A stretch of 64,000 nucleotides of DNA. Origin: Arenicellales bacterium (GTDB lineage Bacteria > Pseudomonadota > Gammaproteobacteria > Arenicellales > JAJDZL01). The notes under the pieces were generated by a model. The model ran no database searches, was not told the origin of the DNA, and worked only from the letters and a program-made list of their open reading frames with translations. Shown here in pieces: positions 29,197 through 39,643 of this stretch. The stretch is from assembly GCA_965116205.1 (NCBI GenBank), contig OZ220493.1, positions 2,165,072 to 2,229,071 on the forward strand. The letters run 5' to 3'. The position numbers and the translations under genes are program-made. The stretch's first letter is position 1, and each line of letters begins with the position of its first letter.

Positions 29197-30039
29197 ATGA
29201 AAAATTTTATGCATAAATTATGGGTAGCAACTATCGCTTTCGTTTTGATGTTGGGAGGTGTATCGGTCAGTCACGCACAGTGTACCAACGATGTCTGGAA
29301 CAAGGTAATGAGCCGCGGCAAACTCATTGTGGGAGTCAAGGCTGACTATAAGCCTTGGGGTTACCGAAATGAAAACGGGGACATTGTGGGTATGGAAATC
29401 GACATGGCACAGCTGGTTGCAGATGCGATGGGAGTCGAACTGGAAACTGTTGCAGTCCAGTCGTCCAATCGAATGCAGTTTCTTGAGCAGGGTAAGATAG
29501 ATATGATGATTGCCACCATGTCGGATCGTCTTGATCGACGCAAAATTGTCGGTATCCCGCTACCGAACTACTACACTTCCGGCACCAACGTGATGTCCCC
29601 CCAAGCCCTGTCACTGACCGCTTGGGAAGATCTTCGAGATAAGCCAGTGTGTGGAAAACAGGGGGCGTTTTACAACAAAATCGTCAGTGAACGTTACGGC
29701 GCGAATATCATCGCGTTCACCGGTAATGCTGAGGCAAAACAGGCGTTACGCGACAAGAAGTGTATCGCCTGGGTTTATGATGACTCCTCCATCATGTCGG
29801 ATCTGTCATCCGGCAACTGGAACGACTTCGAAATGCCACTGGCCAGCGAAGACGACAATCCATGGGGTCTGGCAGTGCCACTGGCTGAAAAAGACTGTGT
29901 GTTCGGACATTTCATGTCCGGCATCACCTACAACTGGCATCGCACCGGTCAGCTGATGGCGCTTGAGAAAAAGTGGGGTATTCAATCGACTCAGTACCTG
30001 AAAGATAAGCACGCCGCCTATGCCGACTGGATTCAGTAA
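29197..30039 (+). CDS. polar amino acid ABC transporter substrate-binding protein (family 3)
   Basis: 280 aa with a signal peptide (MKNFMHKLWVATIAFVLMLGGVSVSHA). It has family-3 SBP features (GVKADYKPWGY...GMEIDMA). Confidence 0.8.
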   Translation: MKNFMHKLWVATIAFVLMLGGVSVSHAQCTNDVWNKVMSRGKLIVGVKADYKPWGYRNENGDIVGMEIDMAQLVADAMGVELETVAVQSSNRMQFLEQGKIDMMIATMSDRLDRRKIVGIPLPNYYTSGTNVMSPQALSLTAWEDLRDKPVCGKQGAFYNKIVSERYGANIIAFTGNAEAKQALRDKKCIAWVYDDSSIMSDLSSGNWNDFEMPLASEDDNPWGLAVPLAEKDCVFGHFMSGITYNWHRTGQLMALEKKWGIQSTQYLKDKHAAYADWIQ

Positions 30040-30146
30040 TAGTCGCTGACACCAGTATGAAAATTGGGGTGGCCAATGATGGGCATTGAATTGGTCACCC
30101 CGATTCATCTGCTGAACGAACTGTACGATCACGGGTCTACACCACG

Positions 30147-30899
30147 TTGAACGCGTTTCAGCAGTTTTTTTACAATCTTTCAGCGGATCACCCGCGCTGG
30201 AATTTCATTTTTTTCTACGATCCGGTGCAGACCGATCGGGTGTTGACCGGGTTGTGGGTGACGATTCAGCTCTCATTGACCTGCGTGCTGTTAAGCGTCA
30301 TCCTCGGTCTGGTTGGTGCTTGGCTACAGGGGGCGAAATCACGCTGGGTGCGCGCGGTAGTGCAGGGTTACATTCAGGTATTTCGCAACACCCCACCGTT
30401 GATTCAACTGCTGTTTTTCTATTTCGCGCTGGGACAGTTCACGCCGACCTACTCTCCCGATGGATGGTTGGAAATTCCCATCATTTCCAACGTCGGCTGG
30501 GCCATCATATCGCTGTCTTTCTTCGCCGGCTCATTTAATGTGGAAATATTCAGAGCCGGCATCGAATCGGTGCCCGAATCCACTCAGGAAGCATCAGAAT
30601 CATTAGGGATGAGTCGTTTACAGACTTTTCTTTATGTAGTGTTTCCACTCGCGTTTCGAGTCAGTCTGCCGGCACTCAACAATAATCTGGTCAATCTGGT
30701 AAAAACCACCACCCAAGCGTTGGCTATCGCCGTTCCTGAACTGCTCTACCAGATGGTCAGCATTTACAACGATTACTCGACTGCACAAAATGCCTGCATG
30801 GTCGTGTTGTTTGTTGTTTATATCGTATTGGTCGGTATTCTGGTTACCGGGATGAACGCGTGGGAACGGAGCACGAGAATTCCCGGTTATGGACAATGA
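30147..30899 (+). CDS. amino acid ABC transporter permease
   Basis: 250 aa with a TTG start. It has the HisM/GlnP-type core with an EAA loop (ESVPESTQEASESLGMSRLQTFLYVVFPLAFR). Confidence 0.85.
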   Translation: MNAFQQFFYNLSADHPRWNFIFFYDPVQTDRVLTGLWVTIQLSLTCVLLSVILGLVGAWLQGAKSRWVRAVVQGYIQVFRNTPPLIQLLFFYFALGQFTPTYSPDGWLEIPIISNVGWAIISLSFFAGSFNVEIFRAGIESVPESTQEASESLGMSRLQTFLYVVFPLAFRVSLPALNNNLVNLVKTTTQALAIAVPELLYQMVSIYNDYSTAQNACMVVLFVVYIVLVGILVTGMNAWERSTRIPGYGQ

Positions 30900-31807
30900 A
30901 ATTTCACCGTCGATACATTCCCGGCCTTGATCTAGCGAGCGAACCATGGCGTACCGATTTGCCGGTATTGAAGCCATTTCGCTTGTCACCTGTCAACACG
31001 GCATCGAATCTTGGATTCAGTCACTGGTTGCAGAGCATGAATCCTAAAGTTATCTTGGTGCTGATGTTGATTGTCCTAATTTGGCCGCTTGCTACGTTTG
31101 CACAAGGTGGTTACTCGACCGCTGCGGCTTTTGAAGCATTATGGCGCTGGCTACCATTTCTGGTCACCCATGGATTCGCGCTGAATATTCTGATCAGTTT
31201 CTTCACCATGTTGCTCGGCACCTTGGCTGGCATTCTATTGGGTTTGGGTCAGGTGGCACCCCTGCGCGCGTTGTCTCGTCTGAGCTGGTTTGTAACTCAG
31301 CTCTTTCGGAATTCTCCGTGGTTGGTTCTGCTGTTCATCGTTATGCTCGCCTTTCCATTTGAAATTTCGATTGCCGGGCGCCATTTTCTCATTCCGGACT
31401 GGATTAAAGCCGTATTCGGATTGTCTTTACCAATCATGGCCAATATCTCTGAAATCGTACGCGGAGGCATTCAGTCTGTTTCGACCGGACAATGGGAAGC
31501 CGCAGAATCACTGGCGTTCACTCGGCGACAGACTTTGTGGCAGATTATTCTTCCTCAGTGTTTCAAACGGATGATTCCACCGTGGATGAACTGGTATGCC
31601 ATATTGACCATGGCGACACCGCTCGTATCACTACTTGGCGTTGAAGAGCTGGTGACGCTATCGCGTCAGGCGATGGAAGCCGAAGATAACCATCCAGAAT
31701 TGCTCATGCCATTCTTTGGCTTTGCATTGGTGATATTTTTTCTCTATTGTTACCCCATCGCCAAGTGGACTTTACGTCTAGAACGAAAATATTCTGTCAA
31801 GCAGTAA
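30896..31807 (+). CDS. amino acid ABC transporter permease (second TMD, N-terminal extension)
   Basis: I set the start at ATG 30896, which overlaps the upstream stop (ATGA). The EAA loop is QSVSTGQWEAAESLAFTRRQTLWQIILPQCFKR. Confidence 0.85.
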   Translation: MKFHRRYIPGLDLASEPWRTDLPVLKPFRLSPVNTASNLGFSHWLQSMNPKVILVLMLIVLIWPLATFAQGGYSTAAAFEALWRWLPFLVTHGFALNILISFFTMLLGTLAGILLGLGQVAPLRALSRLSWFVTQLFRNSPWLVLLFIVMLAFPFEISIAGRHFLIPDWIKAVFGLSLPIMANISEIVRGGIQSVSTGQWEAAESLAFTRRQTLWQIILPQCFKRMIPPWMNWYAILTMATPLVSLLGVEELVTLSRQAMEAEDNHPELLMPFFGFALVIFFLYCYPIAKWTLRLERKYSVKQ

Positions 31808-31827
31808 CCCAATCTGAGTGATTTTCT

Positions 31828-32583
31828 ATGCCTAGTAGTCAATGGACTCCCGACCAGCCGATCATTTCAATTCGCGACGTGCATAAATCGTTTGGCGATC
31901 TTGAAGTTCTCAAAGGCATTTCACTGGAGGTGATGAAAGGTGAAGTCATCTGCGTTATCGGGCCTTCAGGCTCTGGAAAATCCACTCTGATTCGCTGCAT
32001 CAACGCGCTGAACACCATTGATTCGGGCTCCATTCTTGTCGAGGGACAGGAAGTTCACGATGTGGCACTCAACAAATTGGCACTGCGCAAGAAAGTGGGG
32101 ATGGTTTTTCAGCAGTACAATCTGTTTCCGCACAAAACCGCATTGCAAAACGTCATGATGGCACCGCTCAAGGTGCTGAAACGACCCAAGGAAGAAGTTG
32201 AGAAGGATGCCAGACAACTCATGGCCCGAGTTAACTTACAGGGTAAAGAAGACAGTTACCCGGGGGAACTGTCAGGTGGTCAGCAACAGCGGGTTGCCAT
32301 CGCCCGATCGTTGGCGATGAACCCGGATGTGATGCTGTTTGACGAAGTTACCGCAGCCCTTGACCCGGAAACAGTGAAAGAAGTATTACTTGCCATCAAA
32401 GATCTGGCGCACAGTGGCATGACCTGCATTTTGGTTACCCATGAGATGGGTTTTGCCCGGGAGGTGGCCGATCACATTTATTTTACCGACCGAGGGGTTA
32501 TCGTTGAACATGGGCCACCGGCAACATTTTTCTCCGCCGCTAAAGACCCGCGCACCCAGGAGTTTTTAAGTCAGATTTTGTGA
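31828..32583 (+). CDS. amino acid ABC transporter ATP-binding protein (GlnQ/HisP-like)
   Basis: Walker A GPSGSGKST, signature LSGGQQQRVAIARSLA, and Walker B VMLFDEVTAALD. Confidence 0.93.
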   Translation: MPSSQWTPDQPIISIRDVHKSFGDLEVLKGISLEVMKGEVICVIGPSGSGKSTLIRCINALNTIDSGSILVEGQEVHDVALNKLALRKKVGMVFQQYNLFPHKTALQNVMMAPLKVLKRPKEEVEKDARQLMARVNLQGKEDSYPGELSGGQQQRVAIARSLAMNPDVMLFDEVTAALDPETVKEVLLAIKDLAHSGMTCILVTHEMGFAREVADHIYFTDRGVIVEHGPPATFFSAAKDPRTQEFLSQIL

Positions 32584-32869
32584 TTCAAACTGAACTCTGG
32601 AACTGCGGTGGTAGGTGGTTTCCATCATCTCACGCGCTGCAGACTTTGACAGTCTGCTCTCAAGACAGACCTCACTGTCTTTTGAGGTTCGATAGTTCAG
32701 CGTCGTGGGTTGCATTTTCTGAGCCACACAATGGTGATTCCAGAAGTTCGTGGAGCCTTTAGCCAGACACCTGAAAAATGACGTGGCACGACGATAAATA
32801 TAAGTGAGCAAGTTCAATCAGCATTGGTATAATTTCGCACTTCTTTAAACCAATATTTGGAGAGTTAAT

Positions 32870-33847
32870 GTGAAAATCATAGGAAATAAAGCACGAGCAT
32901 TGATATTGACAGTTCTGGCTTTGGCCCTGTTTTCGGGTTCATCAATGGCTGCGGATAGTAGCGAGCCGATCAAAATCCCCATCAAAAACTGGTCCAGTCA
33001 GATTGTCATGGCCTACGTTATTGGCGGTATGTTTGAAAGCATGGGAAATAATGTGGAGTATGTGCCGGTCGATAACCAGGCGAGTTTCGAAGCGGTGCGC
33101 ACCGGTGACCTGACCCTCGTTCATGAGGTATGGCAATCAACCATGCAAAATGCTTACTACAGTGCGATGGAAAAAGGTGGATTGATTGATGCTGGAACAC
33201 ATGCGGCGGAGACCCTGGAGGAAATGGGTGTGCCAAACTGGGTGATTGACCAAGGCTTGTGTCCGGGGTTGCCCAACTGGGAAGCGTTAAAGGACTGTCA
33301 TGCGAATTTTGCGACGCCTGATTCCGGTGGCAAAGGTCGATGGTTGGAAGGTCCGCAGAGTTGGCATGGCGATGTCATGCCAAACCGCCTCAAAGGCTTA
33401 GGTATTGATGATAAATGGGTCGTCAAGTTCGCAGGCGCAGCCGATGCATTATGGACCGAACTGAAAGCGGCGGAAAAAGAAGGTCGCGGCACCATCATAT
33501 TCAACTGGACTCCCAATTTCACCGATGCCTCTGGATTCACCTTCATCGAATTTCCGCCTTACTACGATGGCTGTCGTATTGCCGATGGTGGTGACCTATC
33601 AACTACCGGTTGCGGGTCACCGAAGGGCTGGCTGAAAAAAGGTGCTAATTACCGATTTCCGCGCTCCCACCCGAGAGCTTATTCAGCTTTCACTAAATTG
33701 TCATTTACCACACCACAGATCGGTTCGATGGCGGCTTTAGTTGATGTTGATGGCATGACTCACCAAGACGCGGCGGTGGAGTGGCTGGCGAACAATGAGA
33801 ACGTCTGGAAACCTTGGACCGTGTCAATCTTGGGAGACACCAACTGA
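32870..33847 (+). CDS. glycine betaine/choline-type ABC transporter substrate-binding protein (OpuAC family)
   Basis: 325 aa with a GTG start and a signal peptide ending SSMAADS. It resembles OpuAC proteins and is followed by ProV/ProW-type genes. Confidence 0.7.
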   Translation: MKIIGNKARALILTVLALALFSGSSMAADSSEPIKIPIKNWSSQIVMAYVIGGMFESMGNNVEYVPVDNQASFEAVRTGDLTLVHEVWQSTMQNAYYSAMEKGGLIDAGTHAAETLEEMGVPNWVIDQGLCPGLPNWEALKDCHANFATPDSGGKGRWLEGPQSWHGDVMPNRLKGLGIDDKWVVKFAGAADALWTELKAAEKEGRGTIIFNWTPNFTDASGFTFIEFPPYYDGCRIADGGDLSTTGCGSPKGWLKKGANYRFPRSHPRAYSAFTKLSFTTPQIGSMAALVDVDGMTHQDAAVEWLANNENVWKPWTVSILGDTN

Positions 33848-33886
33848 TTGGTCAAACGATCATTGATATTATTTTCTGAATCTGTC

Positions 33887-33920
33887 AATCCCCCTCCGGT
33901 ACCGGAGGGGGATTTGTTTG
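33887..33920 (+). terminator. intrinsic terminator/attenuator after the binding-protein gene
   Basis: AATCCCCCTCCGG-TA-CCGGAGGGGGATT is a perfect GC-rich palindrome (33887-33914). It is followed by TGTTTG. Confidence 0.7.
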
Positions 33921-33973
33921 CCGAATCTGGTTTGGATAAGAGGTCTGTAAAGGAGTATCTACTGATCGATTAG

Positions 33974-35041
33974 ATGGTAATGGTAACGATGTCTTCGCGA
34001 GTACAACCAGTCATCAGATGTGAATCGGTCTTCAAAATATTTGGTAACCATGCCAAACGCACGCTGGAAGAATCCAATGGAGTGGTCGATAGTCGCAGAT
34101 TTTTCGAAGCCGGATTGATTGTGGGGGTGAATAACGTATCTCTGGAAGTTACACAGGGTGAGTTATTGGTCATCATGGGATTGTCGGGGTCCGGAAAATC
34201 CACTCTACTGCGTTGCATCTCCAGGTTGACTGAACCGACAGCGGGGAGAATCTTCGTAGAAAACCAAGACCTGCTGTCTTTGAATCATAAACAACTGATT
34301 GAACTGCGGCGCAACAAGATGGGTATGGTTTTTCAGAGTTTTGGTCTGTTGCCACACAAAACCGTGCTGGAGAACATTGCTTTCCCATTGCAAGTTAAGG
34401 GCTATCGAACCCGGGACAGTATGGATAAAGCACTGCAAATGGCCCAACTGGTCGGTCTAGAAGGGCGTGAAAACTATTTTCCTAGGGAGTTATCGGGCGG
34501 TCAGCAACAGCGTGTTGGAATTGCCCGGTCACTGGCGGTTGAGCCGGATATTTGGTTTCTGGATGAGCCGTTCTCGGCACTAGACCCGTTGATTCGTAAG
34601 GAAATGCAGGATGAATTCATGCGCCTGCAGGGCGTGTTGGGCAAAACCATTCTGTTTGTGACGCATGACTTTGATGAGGCACTGCGGTTGGCCGATCGAA
34701 TTGCCATCATGAAAGATGGAGTGATTGAGCAATTGGATACGCCTTCCAACATCGTGTTGCATCCGGCAACGGAATACGTTCGCAAGTTCACTCAAGATGT
34801 ACCCAGAGAAAAGGTGTTGACCGTTGAATCGGTGATGGATCCAGTGGATGATATGGCCGCGCTGAGTGAGTCACAGGTTGCAATGGATGCCATCGTTGAG
34901 TCAGTCGCGGAGTTGATTTTGGGTACAGACAAAGCGGTTGCCGTGGTGAACGGAGATGGTAAAGTGGTGGGTAGCCTACACTCGTCACACGTACTTAAAG
35001 TACTGTTCGGAGGACAATCCGAAGAATCAAGGCCACACTGA
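33974..35041 (+). CDS. glycine betaine/proline ABC transporter ATP-binding protein (ProV-like)
   Basis: Walker A GLSGSGKST, signature LSGGQQQRVGIARSLA, and Walker B WFLDEPFSALD. A C-terminal CBS-like tail is present. Confidence 0.9.
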   Translation: MVMVTMSSRVQPVIRCESVFKIFGNHAKRTLEESNGVVDSRRFFEAGLIVGVNNVSLEVTQGELLVIMGLSGSGKSTLLRCISRLTEPTAGRIFVENQDLLSLNHKQLIELRRNKMGMVFQSFGLLPHKTVLENIAFPLQVKGYRTRDSMDKALQMAQLVGLEGRENYFPRELSGGQQQRVGIARSLAVEPDIWFLDEPFSALDPLIRKEMQDEFMRLQGVLGKTILFVTHDFDEALRLADRIAIMKDGVIEQLDTPSNIVLHPATEYVRKFTQDVPREKVLTVESVMDPVDDMAALSESQVAMDAIVESVAELILGTDKAVAVVNGDGKVVGSLHSSHVLKVLFGGQSEESRPH

Positions 35042-35047
35042 AAGAGA

Positions 35048-37108
35048 ATGGCGAGCCTGATTAAACATCCAAAAATCGTTCAATTTCTGGTTCTACTTAC
35101 GGTATTTGTCGTTCTCTGTTTGATCATCAGTCCGTCGGATTCCAACATCTTCTGGCGCCTGCCGCCGCTTCTCAAACAGTTGCCGTTCATCATCAATGAC
35201 TCGGTAAGGTACCTGATGTTTGACTGGATGCCCGTTCAGGTTTACGATCCGATCATTGATGATTATGAAGAAAAACCACTGTTTCGGGAATTGACTCGTG
35301 CGGTCTCGAGTGTATTTCTGTTGGTCATCAATTTTGTCCGCGAGATTTTTCTAGGTGGCAATAAAACCATCGTCGCGTTCACCAGCTGGGATTTCATTAA
35401 AGAAAATCCATGGGCTAGTTGGCCAGCGCTACCCTGGACCGTGATTACGGGGTGGGCCATTCTTCTCGGCTATAAGTTGCAGGGGCGTGGTTTGGCTATC
35501 TTGGCCGGGGTGTGTACTTTCTACTTGGCGATTTTTGGGCAGTGGAAACCTTCTATGGAAACGCTGTCATTTGTTCTGATCGCGGCACCGGTGTCCGTGC
35601 TGCTCGGTCTTGTACTGGGCATCTGGGCATTCAAGAGTAAATGGGTGGAAGCGACTCTCAATCCACTGCTCAACGTGGCGCAAACCATGCCGCATTATTC
35701 TTATCTGGTTCCGGTCATCGTTCTGTTTGGCGTTGGAGATCATGCGGCAGCCATCGCCACCATTGTTTTTGCGACACCTCCCATGGTCCGACTGGTCTTA
35801 CTAGGCTTGAAAAAAGTGCCGGCTGACGTAGTCGAATCCGGCATGATGAGTGGGTGCAATAACTTTCAGTTGATGTTTCAGGTACTGCTGCCGACTGCTA
35901 GGCGCGATATTCTGATTGGTGTCAACCAGGTGGTGATGCAGTGTTTGGCGATGACGGTCATCGCCTCATTCATTGGGGCGCAGGGGTTAGGGTCAAATTT
36001 GATGATTGCACTCAATTCACTGCGGGTTGGTACCGGCATTGAAATTGGTGTCTGTATAGTACTGATTGCTGTAGTGCTTGATAAGATGTCGCTGGCTTGG
36101 GCCAACAAACAGACTGATTATTTTGCCGATCAGACATTTGTCCAGCGAAATCGATTTGCAATTCTGGCTTTAATCGTGTTGGTGGTGGGTACTTTATTGG
36201 CGTATGGCGGCCGCTTCATTTTCAAAGATGGCTTGAATTACCTCTACGTAGTGCCGCACAATAAAGGAATCACGACAGCACCCTACTGGCAGGCGGCGGT
36301 TGACTGGGTATGGGATACGTTTTTCTACGCGCTCAAGGCATTCAATGAGTTTCTGATCACCCAAATTTTGGAGCCCATGAAAAATCTGTATTTGGCGATG
36401 CCGGTAGCGGCCACTTTTGTGCTGATGATGGGCATTGGTTATATTCTGTCTGGCATTCGTCAGGCTTTGATTATTGGTGGCTTCCTGCTGTTTATTGCGC
36501 TATCAGAATACTGGGACCGAGCCTTGATTACCGCTTATATCGCCTCTTTTTCAGTCTTCGTTTCTACGATCATCGGCATCACGCTGGGTTCGTTGTGTGC
36601 GCAGAGTAGAAAAGCGAGCCGAGTCATTCTGCTGATTTGTGATTTTCTGCAAACTTTTCCTTCGTTCATTTATCTAATTCCAGTGATCATGCTGTTTGGC
36701 ATAACAGACACCTCGGTCATTATCGCGGCGGTTGTTTATGCGACTGTTCCGGCAACTCGTTACACGGTTGAGGGGCTGCAAAGTGTCCCTCAAGTGATGC
36801 ATGATGCGGGATCTATGCTGGGTGTTTCTCGTCTACAGCGATGGATATCAATTGAGCTGCCGCTCGCATTTCCACACATCATGCTGGGCGTAAATCAGAC
36901 CGTCATATTCGCCTTATTCATGGTCATTATCGGAGCGTTCATCGGCACCACGGATTTAGGGCAATTAATTCTCAAAGCGATTTCCGACCCACAGGGTACG
37001 GGTATCGGTTTGACTTTGGGATTGTGTGTTGCGTTTATTGGGTTGGCGGTCGATCAGATCATTCGAACTTGGGCCAATGCCAGAAAAAAAGCCTTGGATC
37101 TAGCGTAA
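35048..37108 (+). CDS. fused double ProW-type ABC permease (two BPD_transp_1 cores in one polypeptide)
   Basis: 686 aa with two permease cores. The first is AQTMPHYSYLVPVIVLFGVGDHAAAIATIVFATPPMVRLVLLGLKKVP. The second is LQTFPSFIYLIPVIMLFGITDTSVIIAAVVYATVPATRYTVEGLQSVP. Confidence 0.85.
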   Translation: MASLIKHPKIVQFLVLLTVFVVLCLIISPSDSNIFWRLPPLLKQLPFIINDSVRYLMFDWMPVQVYDPIIDDYEEKPLFRELTRAVSSVFLLVINFVREIFLGGNKTIVAFTSWDFIKENPWASWPALPWTVITGWAILLGYKLQGRGLAILAGVCTFYLAIFGQWKPSMETLSFVLIAAPVSVLLGLVLGIWAFKSKWVEATLNPLLNVAQTMPHYSYLVPVIVLFGVGDHAAAIATIVFATPPMVRLVLLGLKKVPADVVESGMMSGCNNFQLMFQVLLPTARRDILIGVNQVVMQCLAMTVIASFIGAQGLGSNLMIALNSLRVGTGIEIGVCIVLIAVVLDKMSLAWANKQTDYFADQTFVQRNRFAILALIVLVVGTLLAYGGRFIFKDGLNYLYVVPHNKGITTAPYWQAAVDWVWDTFFYALKAFNEFLITQILEPMKNLYLAMPVAATFVLMMGIGYILSGIRQALIIGGFLLFIALSEYWDRALITAYIASFSVFVSTIIGITLGSLCAQSRKASRVILLICDFLQTFPSFIYLIPVIMLFGITDTSVIIAAVVYATVPATRYTVEGLQSVPQVMHDAGSMLGVSRLQRWISIELPLAFPHIMLGVNQTVIFALFMVIIGAFIGTTDLGQLILKAISDPQGTGIGLTLGLCVAFIGLAVDQIIRTWANARKKALDLA

Positions 37109-37437
37109 ATTGGTACCGATAGATCACCAAAACCTGACGAACTTGCCGTGTGGTGACGAGATCATAGAACCACAACGGCACTTCATTTCCTGCCATTGGC
37201 CAACTTCCCTTGCCAGCATGAATAGTGCAACATTACTACAATTATGTGAAATTGGGTCTATTGGTTTTCATATCCATTAATGCATTCTGACTGGGTCGAG
37301 GTTGTCATCCGAGTTACAGCACCCGCTTGACGTGCACGGTAGGATTAAGCAGAGGTAAACACTGCAAATCAATAATATCAATCGAATGGTATAAAATGAA
37401 AAAGTCAAATATCCTTACAACCATTAGAGGAAATAGT

Positions 37438-38574
37438 ATGAAAAAAATGAACAAACAAGATTACATCGAACAGCTTGCGACTGGAAAAATATCCCGTCGG
37501 CAGTTCAATACGATGCTTGCCGCCGCCGGGGTGACCACGGTGATGCTACCGACATTCTCCGGTTCTGCACTGGCGGCAGCATCCGATCATCCCAATGTAT
37601 TTACTTGGGAAGGCTGGGATGCCCCTGAACATCATGGCGAGTACTTCGAAAAATACGGTGAGTATCCCAATTTCTCAATCTTCGGTGATGAAGAAGAAGC
37701 ATTTGCCAAGATCAAGGCTGGTGCGCAGTTTGATTTGACTCATCCATGTTCCTATAAAGTTGAAATCTGGCGCGATGCCGGTATCATCCAACCCATTGAC
37801 ACCAGTCGTCTGCAGTATTGGGATAATGTTATCCCTAGCTTAAAGAATATTCCGGGCATGATGCACAATGGCGAAAATTATTTCGTCGCTGCGGATTGGG
37901 GGTTAACTTCGGTTCTTTACCGGCCGGATCTGGTTGATGAGAAGTATCAGGAAGAAGAAACCTGGGGCATTCTCTGGGATGAACGTTATCGAGGACGCCT
38001 GTCGATGGCGGATAGTCTTATTGACGGCGTCATGGTTGCCGCAATCTACGGTGGTGCGAACAATCCTTTCGACATGACAGCCGACGAAGTAGAGGTTACG
38101 AGAGATCTACTCCGTAAACAACTACCATTGCTACGTTATTGGTGGACCAGTCCGACGGACATAGAAAATTCAATGGCGGCGGGAGAATTGGTAGCAACGA
38201 GTGCTTGGAATGATGCATTTACAGCACTGAAAACGCAGGGTGTGAATGTTAAGTATATGAATCCAAAAGAAGGGCCGATGACCTGGGTTTGTGGATTCTG
38301 CTTGATGACTGACGTCGATCCGGAGAAATTGGATAAGACTTACGATGTGATTGATGCTTTCCTTGCTCCGGAATCCGGTATTTTTCAATTTACGGATAAA
38401 GGCTATGGACATGCAAACATCGAAGCCTATTCGATGGTTGATGAAGAACTGTTAGCCGAACGTGGACTTTCTCGAGACCCGGAAGCACTGCTGAGCAGTG
38501 GAATATTCCAAGTTCCAATTGCTAATGAAGCCGAACTTCAGGCCATGTTTGAAGAGGTTAAGGCTGGCTTATAG
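37438..38574 (+). CDS. PotD/PotF-family (polyamine-type) ABC substrate-binding protein with a twin-arginine signal
   Basis: I chose ATG 37438 as the start, which gives MKKMNKQDY...ISRRQFNTMLAAAGVTTVMLPTFSGSALAAAS (an SRRxF Tat motif). The remainder resembles family-1 polyamine binding proteins. The ORF-track start 37327 adds 37 unlikely residues. Confidence 0.75.
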   Translation: MKKMNKQDYIEQLATGKISRRQFNTMLAAAGVTTVMLPTFSGSALAAASDHPNVFTWEGWDAPEHHGEYFEKYGEYPNFSIFGDEEEAFAKIKAGAQFDLTHPCSYKVEIWRDAGIIQPIDTSRLQYWDNVIPSLKNIPGMMHNGENYFVAADWGLTSVLYRPDLVDEKYQEEETWGILWDERYRGRLSMADSLIDGVMVAAIYGGANNPFDMTADEVEVTRDLLRKQLPLLRYWWTSPTDIENSMAAGELVATSAWNDAFTALKTQGVNVKYMNPKEGPMTWVCGFCLMTDVDPEKLDKTYDVIDAFLAPESGIFQFTDKGYGHANIEAYSMVDEELLAERGLSRDPEALLSSGIFQVPIANEAELQAMFEEVKAGL

Positions 38575-38597
38575 TCTGAGTAACTAAATCAGTGTTA

Positions 38598-38634
38598 CAA
38601 ATCGGAGTTTCGAGTCGACCGAAACTCCGATTTG
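38598..38634 (+). promoter_or_regulatory. perfect 15-bp-stem hairpin between the binding-protein and permease genes (intercistronic attenuator or mRNA stabiliser)
   Basis: CAAATCGGAGTTTCG (38598-38612), loop agtcgac, then CGAAACTCCGATTTG (38620-38634). No T-run follows. Confidence 0.5.
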
Positions 38635-38733
38635 AGCAGATGGCGAAATGTCAAACGCTTTTCGTAAACTGAACGCGATGTTCAGCACCATCAATTATTC
38701 AATTCTGCAAGCCTAGCGCGAAAGTCGCCGCCC

Positions 38734-39642
38734 ATGCAGACTGCCATCTCCACCCCATCTGTCGTCTCCCGTTTTAAACTCAGGTTTCGGAAGAGTGAAA
38801 CACTGCGCGGTTATGCGCTACTGTCACCTACTCTGACGATTGTTCTGCTTGGTCTACTCTTTCCACTGTTGATTCTGATTACACTGAGTTTTTGGAAACA
38901 GGAGTATGTCGATCTGATTCAGACGTTTACGTTGACTAATTATGCAGATTTTTTCAGGAAGAAGATTTACTACCTTATTCTCTATCGATCAATTCGCATA
39001 TCTCTATTGGTTATGCTGGTTACAGTCATACTGGCTTACCCATTGGCTTATTTCATCGCATTTCATGTGCAGAAGAACAAAATGCTATGGATCATTCTGG
39101 TCACTATCCCCTTTTGGACCAGTTATCTGTTGCGAGTTTTTTCTTGGAAAGTGATCCTGGGTTACAATGGTGTCATCAACTCTGGCCTGATGTCTTTGGG
39201 CATCATTACCGAGCCCTTGGAGTTTCTGCTCTACAATCCATTGGCGGTTGTCATCACGTTAGCCCATGCCTGGGCCGCTGTCGCCATACTCCCCATCTAT
39301 GTTTCACTTGAAAAAATAGACCGATCACTGATCGAAGCTTCTAGGGACTTGGGGGAAAGTGCATTCATGACATTTATCCGGGTTACGCTGCCCCTCTCAA
39401 TGCCGGGTGTGATCGCGGCCAGTCTGCTGATCTTTATTCCAACAGTGGGTGATTATGTGACGCCCGCACTGGTCGGCGGTACCCGCGGAATTATGATCGG
39501 GAACATCATTCAGTCGATGTTTGGTAAAGCGCTGAATTGGCCATTGGGCGCGGCGTTATCAATCATTTCAATGTTGACGGTCACTCTTGTGGTGTGTGTC
39601 CTGTTGGGTGCAACACAACTGTTCCGTAAGAAGGTCGCCTAG
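38734..39642 (+). CDS. PotB-like ABC permease
   Basis: 302 aa with a BPD_transp_1 core and EAA loop (LEKIDRSLIEASRDLGESAFMTFIRVTLPLSMPG). Confidence 0.85.
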   Translation: MQTAISTPSVVSRFKLRFRKSETLRGYALLSPTLTIVLLGLLFPLLILITLSFWKQEYVDLIQTFTLTNYADFFRKKIYYLILYRSIRISLLVMLVTVILAYPLAYFIAFHVQKNKMLWIILVTIPFWTSYLLRVFSWKVILGYNGVINSGLMSLGIITEPLEFLLYNPLAVVITLAHAWAAVAILPIYVSLEKIDRSLIEASRDLGESAFMTFIRVTLPLSMPGVIAASLLIFIPTVGDYVTPALVGGTRGIMIGNIIQSMFGKALNWPLGAALSIISMLTVTLVVCVLLGATQLFRKKVA

Positions 39643-39643
39643 T

